Assembly (NCBI GenBank): GCA_043228905.1
Contig: JBHGNT010000021.1
Coordinates: 1,674,001-1,738,000, forward strand
Length of the DNA: 64,000 bases
From: Azolla caroliniana
Lineage: Eukaryota > Plantae > Polypodiophyta
Reading direction: 5' to 3'
Shown here: positions 27,495 through 37,014 of the stretch, piece by piece
Position numbering within the stretch: position 1 is the stretch's first letter
How the letters are laid out: each line of letters opens with the position of its first letter
Notes under the pieces: generated by a model
What the model was told of the DNA's origin: nothing
Seen by the model: the letters and a program-made list of their open reading frames with translations, nothing else
Databases searched by the model: none
Translations under genes and position numbers: made by a program

Positions 27495-29023
27495 TTCTTT
27501 TTATTTCCAAAAGATTTCCTTCATTAGTATTAAGAAAAGCATCAAAAGGCTATAAAATGTACAATCAGAGAGTGTGTTATACAAAAGAGATGATCAAGGC
27601 AAGGACCAGGGGTGATGATATTTCCAAATCGGTCCTTGAGAGGTGACCGTGAACAGAGACAACTTCCTCCATAATTGCAGTAATTTTTTCCTTTTCTTAA
27701 GAACAACCTCCAAAGAGCCCAACATATTGTCATATTGCCCACACACTAGTGCCAATAAGTGTTGGCTTTCAAACCATAGATTGACAAGAAAGATAGAATG
27801 AAAATATACAAAATACAAAACATAAAACAACAAATAGAAAAATGTACAATACACTAGGTTTACGTGGAAACCCTAAATAAGGGAAAACCGCGGAGCAACA
27901 TATCTTCACTATATGTGACAAAGATACAAGAGGAAAATCAAATTACAAGAACTCTGCTATATAGAGTATTCACCACTTAGGGTTTTGGCAAGTTCACCTA
28001 ACTATGCCTACACTACATCTCTTGTCTCCTACCTACTCACTATTCATCTATCGTTGTTATGCACAATTCTACTACTTCGTCTCACCAAAGAAGTTTGCCC
28101 TAGCTTCTCATATTTATAGAGAGATTAACTATTAATATTAAATAATAGTTAATAGGCCAACTGGTCGACTCGACTATCCAACCCACCAGTCGACAATTCA
28201 GTTGATTCAACTAGCCAACTACTTTTGTCCACTATCTAGTCGGCCTGATTGGCAGGTTTTGTCATTGACCATCCAATCAGCTCACCCATTCGGCCTAATC
28301 TTTGACCTTCGATCATCCATCCAATATGGTTGACTACCAAGTCGACTCATTGGTCGATCCGATCGACCATCCCAAATTTGGCTTGTCAACTCCTCCAATT
28401 TGACTGCTAATTTCTCCCATTAGGAGGGACAAAAGCCTAACAATAAGCTCTCCCATAATTCCGGCAATATATGTGAGAGATGGGGAATTATGGAATCATA
28501 TCTTCCTTTACAATGATACTTCCATAAAATCCATAATGTAACCATAAATACTATTTTCCATACATGGGCTACACGCATTTGCTTGTGAGGTTGCTGAAAA
28601 GGGGAGATAGAAATTATATGCTTGTTTATGACTGGCATAGCTTCTAGAGATCATCTACCTCATACAACATGAGACCAGAATGGAGAAACCCCCATCTTGT
28701 TGATCCCCATGAGAAGATGCAACCTACATTAATTATCAGGAATAAAGAAAGAACTTTATTGTATACCTGTTGGGCTAGTGAGCAGGACCAGAGAGCATGG
28801 TTGGTAATTTCCTATATGTCACCGCAATAACAACATTGTCTAAGAACGATTGCCACATCTCCTTTCAATCACTGACCTACTGGTAGTGCTGCATGTGGTA
28901 AAAACCATCTAAAGAGAATATATTTGGTTGGTCCCCTAAAAGACCATATCCATTTCCAATAAGCCTTCAAATGGATGCTTAAAACACCCCACTTATTCTA
29001 GTGCTTTTGAGTTGCAGGCACGG
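27495..29023 (-). mobile_element. Decayed L1 LINE 3' end (zf-RVT), split by a solo LTR and cut by the LTR at 29024
   Basis: YWKWIWSFRGPTKYILFRW..LPVG, CCYCG..NHALWSC, LWILWKYHCKGRYD..WESLL|ALVCGQYDNM reads through once the solo LTR is removed. A-rich 3' end near 27495. Confidence 0.75.
27760..28442 (-). mobile_element. Solo LTR (683 bp) with 5-bp TSD ATAAG
   Basis: TGTTGGC...GCCTAACA termini; ATAAG at 27755-27759 and 28443-28447; U5-type motif ttttccc..gggtttccacgtaaac on the minus strand. Confidence 0.85.
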
Positions 29024-30889
29024 TGTCGTGAGGATTTTCGGCTATGGTGAGAAAACCCGAACAAGACGGATAAAACGGGATGTGCAACATTGCACATGCA
29101 CATAGTATATTTGCAAAATAAGATTAAGAAACAAATGTAAAGTGTAAGGTGCTAAAGTACACCACAAAGTTCATGAAGTGTAAATGTGATGTGCACTTAT
29201 GTGCACATGCACATGCACATGTAGACTAAAGGGGAATATATGGAAGTACGAGAATGGTGAGTAGTGGGCATGGTAGTGTGTGTGTGTGTGTGTAAGAGAG
29301 GAGAGGGAGTTAAGATCCCATCAATCTCTCCTCCTAAAATCAAGGCAAATATTCCCCATTAAAAGAGGGGAATATTTGGCCTCTCCTTTTTTGTAATGAG
29401 CCTCCTTCCTTTCTACTATAAAAAGGAGTGAGGGGTCACCATTGAGGGGGTCGTCATTTTGTCGTTTTGAGGTAGGCCGTTAGGGTTTTAGTTATTCTTA
29501 TCCCATTTCGTTTTAGGGTTTTGCTTCGAGGTTCCACTCTCTATCATTTCCTTTCATTAGGATTTAGTTCTTCTTCTCCCTATCGGGTTAGGTTTTTGTC
29601 TAGTGGTGCTTAAGTTCGGCCTATATGCCCGCGGTTGTAAATCATGTGGTGGTTTTCGTAATACTATTTGTTTGATGAATCTTCTCTTGATCTAGCCCTT
29701 AACCTTTCTAATCTTTGAATATTGTTCCACCCCCTTTTGTGTTCGGAGGCTCGATTAAGCTCCCCATTTTCTTTTCCTTCTCTTACTCCCTAGTCCAAGA
29801 CCCCCGTGGTCCCGTCCAAGCCCACGCACGCACGCAGAATACCGCGACATATTTGGTGAACCCGACGTTAAGGGCGGCAACGGAGGATGGAGATGGAAGA
29901 CTTCGACTTCGCGGAGATGATGGCGAAGATTGTGATGGACGCCGAATGAAAGAAGACGAGGCGAGATGCGGCTCAAAAAGTCATCGAGAGCGTGGTTAAG
30001 AGGGTCAGCCGTTTCAACGAGAACGAGGTCCCAAAATATTTAGAAGCCTAAAATGCTGAGATGAAAAGGAGGGAGATGGATGAGACAATGAGGCTAACGT
30101 ATTTTCTTCAGGTGGCGACCGTGTCAATACATGAAGAGGTTAGAGAGCTTCAAGAAGCTCACAAGTCGTGGGCATCCTTCGAAGAGGCTCTATTAGAGTC
30201 ATACAAGTATGAGAAACCAGAGGGGCAAGGTCGGCACGAGTTCGACCAATGCATAGCATTGGTTAAAACCCATCAGAGCACAATGAAAGCATTCCAAGAG
30301 TTCGAGCATCGTTTTGCTCAACTCTTGGAGCGGGATCGAAGATTGGTGGGGATGGACAAGGTCCTATTATTTTTTAAGTCGGTTGATCAAAAGGAAAGGA
30401 TAGAGATTTTACTTGAACTCGAAGACGATGAAGGAGCAAATAGCCTCATCGAGGATGGGACCGAAGTGGAGAGGGTATGTCGACAATAGGATGAGACGCG
30501 GACGGCCGCAACACGGCCCGCGAGCAGTGACGAAAGAGGGTGGTGAGTGACTACACACTGGCACCGAAGGAGGAGAGCTCATCGCGGAATGATTCGGTGG
30601 AGCTCGACATAGAAGCATCAGTAAGGGAGGCGTACGAGATCTCGAAGCCGAAGAAGGGTCTATTATAGAGTAGGGCTCGAAAGGATTGGAGTACGGGGAG
30701 GAAGACGCCCCTCTATGCACGAAGGATGGGACATATGTGGAGGACAAGGGATGGTACAACGGTACCATGGGAGAGGCTGTGGAGCAACCCACCCTCTCAT
30801 CTTGCAGAAAGAGGACGACCAAGGATAAGGCCGGGAACTATGGAGCAACAAACACCACTTCGAGAGTGGGCAGATGTTTCGGGACGCGG
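29024..30889 (+). mobile_element. 5' part of Ty3/gypsy-related element: LTR 29024-29849, tRNA-Trp PBS, decayed gag
   Basis: TGTCG...CGACA LTR; PBS tggtgaacccgacgt at 29854-29868; gag ORF 30061-30489 is homologous to gag 44234-45460. Truncated by the LTR at 30890. Confidence 0.8.
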
Positions 30890-31026
30890 TGTCGCGTTAT
30901 TACGCGCGTGCGTGGAGAAACGAGGCGGGACCACCGGTGTCTTGAACCGAAGAGCAGGTGATAGAAGGGGAAAGAGAAGGAGAGAGACGCCCGGTCACAA
31001 ATGAGCAAAGAAACGCAGGGGCGTGG

Positions 31027-31120
31027 TGTTGGGGACGTGGTCGTCTTTGCGGAAGATCAAGGAGCATTCGATTTCTGTTGTTTCTGAATAGTACCTGCGT
31101 ATGACAGAATGTAGGTCGTT

Positions 31121-31159
<39 letters not shown>

Positions 31160-34100
31160 AAAGACTTTCTTATTTCACAAAGCAATAATACAACAACCAA
31201 CCTTACAAAAAGGTTACAAGGTCACTATATATAGTGACCGACTTAGGGCAACTACCCTTTATGCTAATTACACAAATGGCCAAAACGGGATAGTGTGAAT
31301 ACGTCCATTATACACATGTATTCGACACTCCCCCGTAATGGGCGTATACATGGGTTATCTAAGATTACAGGTATAGACTCAGGTTCTCGGACATATCAGC
31401 TTTGTTCGAGTCAGCAGGGTCCGAAGGCAGAAGACCGAACTGGTCGGGTCGGAACAGTTGAAGCCGATCATTAAGGAACTGATGTCGGTTGTCGGGAACC
31501 ATCCTGCTCTGTGTCCGGCTCTAACCGGACTGGTTTGTCGTTACGCCCATCTGATGCCGAAGAGACCGAAAACGGTCTGCCGAAAGACACTTGGTCATTC
31601 CATCTGCGACATTGTCGGTTGTGGATATTTTCTCTAGACCGATTTTCCCTGAAATGACGCAGTCCCGAACGAAGTGATATCGAACGTCGATATGTTTGGA
31701 GGCGTTGTGGTGAACCGGATTTTTCGACAAGGCAACAACACCTTGACTGTCGCTGTAGACAACTGGAGCCGAGTCATGGTCGACTTGTCGAAACGTGTGC
31801 GCCAGCCGACCGAGCCACAAAGCTTCTTTTGCTGCGTCGGACGCAGCTACATATTCTGCTTCGGTCGTTGAGGTCGCTGTGCACTCCTGAAGTTTCGACT
31901 TCCACGAGATTGCTCCATTGCCGAATTTGAAGCAGTATCCGGTTGTTGATTTCCGACTGTCTATACAGCCGGCGAAGTCCGAGTCGGTGTAACCGACTAC
32001 GCCTGAGGTTCGGTTCGGACCGAAAAGAATGCCGTGGTCTTTTGTGCCAGCCAGATATCTGAACACATGCTTGACTGCGTTCCAATGCGATCGGCCAGGA
32101 TTGTGCATAAATCTGCTAACGACTCCTACGGCGTGAGAGATATCAGGTCGTGTCGCGACCATCAAGTACATAAGGGAGCCGACTGCCGGTGCATACGGTA
32201 CCGACTTCATATCTTCCCCCTCCGGGCCGGATGTTGGGCAGTCTCGCTGAGAGAGCCGAAGATTCATGGGGAGCGGGGTTGAAGCAGATTTGGCTGATTG
32301 CATGTTGAAGCGTTCTAAGACACGTCGGATATAGTCGGTCTGAGACAAAAAAAGATGTCGTTTATCGCGATGCCGACTAATCTTCATGCCAAGGATGTGT
32401 CGTGCCGGACCGAGGTCCTTCATGGCAAACTTCAACCGCAGTTGCCGAATGAGATCGGCAAGTTCGCCCGCGTGGCGTCCAGAAATTAGCATGTCGTCCA
32501 CGTAAATGATGAGGAAGATGGGTGATCCATCTTGAGCTGTGTTGGTGAAAAGACAATGGTCCTCATCGCTTTTTGAGAAGCCGATCGATTGGATGAAGTC
32601 GTCGAACTTCTTGTACCATTGTCGGGGTGCCTGTTTGAGGCCGTATAGACTCTTCCTGAGTCGGCAGACTAGATGTTCTTGGCCAGTTGCCACGAAGCCT
32701 TTTGGCTGCTCCATATAGATTTCCTCCTCGAGATCACCATGGAGGAAGGCTGTTTTGACATCTAGCTGAATCAGCTCCAAGTTGTCGGCTACCACTACGC
32801 CGAGTAGAAAACGAAGGGTTGTCATTTTCACCACTGGTGAAAAAATCTCGTCGAAGTCGACGCCATATTCTTGTCGGAAGCCCTTCGCAACTAATCTGGC
32901 CTTGTACTTTGGGGTGGTCGAATCAGACGTCTCTTTTAGTCGATAGACCCACTTGCAAGGAAGAGCACGTCGGTTCCTAGGTAATTCGACCAGATCCCAA
33001 GTCTTGTTTGCCCGAATGGAGTGCATTTCCGACTCCATCGCCAGATGCCAGGTGGCGGAATCGACAGATGTCGATGCTTCTTCGTAAGACGTCGGTTCGC
33101 CGGCGTCGGTGAAGAAAATTCCAGGAGAATACCTCTCCGGAGGTTGCGACAGTCTCTCGGATCGGCGAGGTAAGATTGGACTGGTCGCATCGGGTATCAA
33201 GGTCGGATGGTCCGAAGGCGGATTGTTCTGCTGTGCCGAGTCGGAGTTGTCCGAGTCGGTAGTGTAAGGTTCAGCTACCCGTGAAGCTGACCGTGTGTTG
33301 AGAGCGGGGCCTTCTTGAAGGGTCGGCACATCGGAAAATGTTACCCTTCGGACTTCGATCGGTTTTTCGACTGATGGATTCATAGCCGACTCGTTGAACA
33401 CAACGTCCGAACTTCGAACGATTTGTCTGCGTTCGGGGTCCCAGAGTCGGTATCCCATTTCGCCGTCGGAGCCATATCCAAGGAAAATGCATTTCCTGGA
33501 CCGAGGTGCAAGTTTTCGGCGATCATCTTTCGGAATAAGGACGTACGCCTCGCATCCGAAGATCCTCAGCTTGTCGTAATTCGGCTTACTGCCGATCCAT
33601 AGTTCCTGAGGAATTTGAAGTCCTAGAGGTCTACTTGGCGACATATTGATTATGTGTACTGCCGTGAGTAGAGCCTCTGCCCAGAAGCCATCCGACAGTC
33701 CGGAGTGTTGGAGCATGGAAACTATCCGTTCTTGGATTGTCCGATTCATGCGTTCGGCAATCCCGTTTTGCTCCGGGCTGTGTGGTGCCGTAAATTCACG
33801 TCGGATGCCGCGTTGTCGGCAGAATTTGACGAATTCTTCTGATTTGAACTCTCCCCCATTGTCGGTCCGAAAGCATTTCAGTTTCCGGCCGGTTTGATTT
33901 TCTACCATAGCGAGCCAATCTGAGAAGATCGAGAAGACCCGATCTTTGGTGCGAATTGGATAGGCCCACACCTTTCGAGTCGAATCGTCAATAAAAGTGA
34001 CGAAGTAAGAGGCACCGCCAAGAGACTGATGCGGCATTGGGCCACAGACGTCCGAGTGGACTAAATCGAGAGGTCTCGTTTCTCTTGGTGCTGATGTCGG

Positions 34101-36293
34101 GTGTGATGCGGCTACTTGTTTGCCATACTGGCAATGCTCGCAGAATTGATGGTCGGAGAAGGAGAGTTTGGGGATGTATCCGGCTCTAGATAGGTGCGTG
34201 ATGCCGGCCTTGCTGAGGTGTCCCAATCTTCGGTGCCATAGTGATGACACAGGAATATCCACCAAAAACAGGTTACCCTCTCTGAGCGTAACATGTAACG
34301 GATACAGGGAGTGTATCTTGGGTCCTCTAGCAAGCAGGAGGTTCCCCCTGTGGAGTGTCCACCCTCCCGAAGAAAAACCGGCACGAATGCCGTCTTCATC
34401 TAGTTGTCCGACTGAGATCAATGGCCTTGAGAGCTCGGGTACATGTCGGACATTGTGGAGTACAAGTGTAGAGCCACCTGCAAGGTTGAGCTCTACTGTG
34501 CCGATTCCGATGATATCACAGTGTTGTGAGTTGCCGACCCGAACTGAGTCGGAGTGACGGATCGTATATTGCCGAAATTGGGATCGATGAGGAGTCACGT
34601 GAAATGACGCGCCCGAATCTAAGAGCCATGTGCTCGATTCTTCAGTCGTGAGCAGAATTTCTGATCCGACTGGATTTTCGATTGATAGTATATTCGGGTC
34701 GTCCGGTAGTACATCAGCTGAGGAGCTGACGTAATTGATCTCCTCATGCCGGCCACTCTTCTTATTGTTCTTGTTCTTGAGTGCGCGGCAGTCGGCTTTG
34801 ATGTGTCCGGGTTTCTTGCAATAGTTGCAGATTCGGTTATCCCGTGACTGGCTCCGTCTTCGCTGATTGTTCGGCGGCCGTGAGGAATCTCTTCCTCGTA
34901 TGTTCGATCGGTCTGTCGAACCTTGTACTACGTAAGCGTCGTCTGTTGAGTCTTTGGCGAAAGACTTTCTCCGAGCTGCTTCGGTCAGGATTGCGCTTGT
35001 GACTTCGGAGTATTTAACAGCCGTGGTTGACGCGTTGCACACGGTTGTGACGAAAGTTTCCCACGATGAGGGAAGGCTGCTCATGAGTATCATTGCTCTG
35101 AGTTCATCCTCGATTGCCGTCCCCTGTGACGAGATTTGGGAGCTTATGCTTTCGTACTCATTGAGGTGTGCTTGAACCGAATCGGATTCTTTCATCCGCA
35201 AGTTGTAGAGGCGCCGGATCAGAAACATCTTCGTTGCGGCGACCTTCTTTTCGTAGGTGTCCGACAGTGTTTTCCACAGTTCGAATGCTGTCGTACACGA
35301 TTGCACCGTAAAGTATACCGATTCCGATAGGTGCATCCGAATCGTGGCGCGGACGATTTTGTCCAGCTTCTGCCACTCAATTGGTTTGTATCCTTCTGGA
35401 GGTTCTTCATTTTCGATGGGATCGATTTGCCCCTTGACTATGAGATAGTCCTGCATTTGCTCCTTCCAGAAGTTGAAGTTCGATCCATCGAACTTTCGTA
35501 GACTCATTTCTGACGAGCCGGATGTTGATGCCATCAAATTCGGTTTCGGTTGACGAAGCTCGGTTCGGAGTTGACTACGAACCTTGTTGGAGTGCAGCCG
35601 GTTGGCTCACCCGATATCGTTCTAGTCGGATTTGAACCCGAGTCGGTTCGGCTTCGGAACTTGCTCGAATTGACTCCGGTAACTTGAGGGACAGAACCGA
35701 CTGGTCTTCCCGAATGTTGCCGAGTCGGAGTGAGCCCGGTTCGCTTCGGATATATATGCCGAATACCGATTATTGAAACCGATTATCTGGACCGATTCTG
35801 CTTCGGGTGGCTGCAGCGACGAGAGAGACAGATCCAAGTGATCCTCCCGAATGTCGATCAGCCGGATGAAGGGCGAATTGGGGTTGTTGTCTTGAGACCG
35901 ATCTGCACCGAGTGGTTACAACGAGCGGCGTTTGTTGACCTCTTCGGATGCCGTTTAACCGAGTGGAGCACGATCGTGTCAATGATGCACAAGGGGATTT
36001 CACCTCGAGCGGTTACGATCACAAGGAACAGAGTACAACCTGATGGCTTACTCCAAGCAAGAGGATCTAACGCGATGAGGTGCAAACCTCGTTTTTGTTC
36101 TTCTTCTCTCTTTCTTCGAATGACGCAGGAAACCGAATGCTGAGACGACGGCCGACAGCGGATTGAAGGACCGACTACTGTGAATGCTCTGATACCAGAT
36201 GTTGGGGACGTGGTCGTCTTTGCGGAAGATCAAGGAGCATTCGATTTCTGTTGTTTCTGAATAGTACCTGCGTATGACAGAATGTAGGTCGTT

Positions 36294-36330
<37 letters not shown>

Positions 36331-36498
36331 AAAGACTTTCTTATTTCACAAAGCAATAATACAACAACCAACCTTACAAAAAGGTTACAAGGTCACTATA
36401 TATAGTGACCGACTTAGGGCAACTACCCTTTATGCTAATTACACAAATGGCCAAAACGGGATAGTGTGAATACGTCCATTATACACATGTATTCGACA
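31027..36498 (-). mobile_element. Intact, very recent Ty1/copia LTR retrotransposon (Tnt1/Tork-like)
   Basis: LTRs 31027-31327 and 36200-36498 are identical except for one GA unit. TSD CGTGG (31022-31026, 36499-36503). PBS tggtatcagagc (tRNA-iMet) at 36186-36197; PPT adjacent to 31328. Confidence 0.97.
31521..35537 (-). CDS. Copia gag-pol polyprotein (1338 aa)
   Basis: Uninterrupted ORF: gag, CNYCKKPGHIKADC knuckle, protease WLLDSGAS, WHRRLGH/integrase DDE, RT YVDD, RNaseH, in copia order. Confidence 0.96.
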   Translation of the reverse strand: MMASTSGSSEMSLRKFDGSNFNFWKEQMQDYLIVKGQIDPIENEEPPEGYKPIEWQKLDKIVRATIRMHLSESVYFTVQSCTTAFELWKTLSDTYEKKVAATKMFLIRRLYNLRMKESDSVQAHLNEYESISSQISSQGTAIEDELRAMILMSSLPSSWETFVTTVCNASTTAVKYSEVTSAILTEAARRKSFAKDSTDDAYVVQGSTDRSNIRGRDSSRPPNNQRRRSQSRDNRICNYCKKPGHIKADCRALKNKNNKKSGRHEEINYVSSSADVLPDDPNILSIENPVGSEILLTTEESSTWLLDSGASFHVTPHRSQFRQYTIRHSDSVRVGNSQHCDIIGIGTVELNLAGGSTLVLHNVRHVPELSRPLISVGQLDEDGIRAGFSSGGWTLHRGNLLLARGPKIHSLYPLHVTLREGNLFLVDIPVSSLWHRRLGHLSKAGITHLSRAGYIPKLSFSDHQFCEHCQYGKQVAASHPTSAPRETRPLDLVHSDVCGPMPHQSLGGASYFVTFIDDSTRKVWAYPIRTKDRVFSIFSDWLAMVENQTGRKLKCFRTDNGGEFKSEEFVKFCRQRGIRREFTAPHSPEQNGIAERMNRTIQERIVSMLQHSGLSDGFWAEALLTAVHIINMSPSRPLGLQIPQELWIGSKPNYDKLRIFGCEAYVLIPKDDRRKLAPRSRKCIFLGYGSDGEMGYRLWDPERRQIVRSSDVVFNESAMNPSVEKPIEVRRVTFSDVPTLQEGPALNTRSASRVAEPYTTDSDNSDSAQQNNPPSDHPTLIPDATSPILPRRSERLSQPPERYSPGIFFTDAGEPTSYEEASTSVDSATWHLAMESEMHSIRANKTWDLVELPRNRRALPCKWVYRLKETSDSTTPKYKARLVAKGFRQEYGVDFDEIFSPVVKMTTLRFLLGVVVADNLELIQLDVKTAFLHGDLEEEIYMEQPKGFVATGQEHLVCRLRKSLYGLKQAPRQWYKKFDDFIQSIGFSKSDEDHCLFTNTAQDGSPIFLIIYVDDMLISGRHAGELADLIRQLRLKFAMKDLGPARHILGMKISRHRDKRHLFLSQTDYIRRVLERFNMQSAKSASTPLPMNLRLSQRDCPTSGPEGEDMKSVPYAPAVGSLMYLMVATRPDISHAVGVVSRFMHNPGRSHWNAVKHVFRYLAGTKDHGILFGPNRTSGVVGYTDSDFAGCIDSRKSTTGYCFKFGNGAISWKSKLQECTATSTTEAEYVAASDAAKEALWLGRLAHTFRQVDHDSAPVVYSDSQGVVALSKNPVHHNASKHIDVRYHFVRDCVISGKIGLEKISTTDNVADGMTKCLSADRFRSLRHQMGVTTNQSG

Positions 36499-37014
36499 CG
36501 TGGCCCGTCAACACAGAAGATGCGAATGGACACAGAGACAGGGAGAGGCAAGTGTTTGTATATTAACGAATAACAAGTACACAGCAGAACCCGCGAGCTG
36601 TTACAACCGAACAGGCCGGCGAACAGATGCCGATGCCTGTTCGTCTGCGAACAAAATGGGGATAGGATGGAGGTGCTGCCGGAAGCACATGGGCGTTCCT
36701 CGAAGCAGCGTGAGCCTCCCGAAACTTGCAGAGAAGAGCAACAAAGAACAGACAGGGGAGAAGCGTTCAGTTCCGGTCCGACAACACTTCGTCCTCCTCA
36801 ATGCGCGATCCCTTCTCCCTGCGTCTCCCTCTCCTTTATAGCGTCAAGAAGGGAGCCGTCTCCCTCATTTACTTCCTACCTACCGAATCTAACTACCCTT
36901 GATCTCTCTCTGTACCTAATTCTCTATTATATACATTAAGAGCGCGCACACGTGAAGGGCCGGTTCATGTGCGCTATTAACCGATTGCGCCAGGGGACGG
37001 TTTTCTTCACGACA

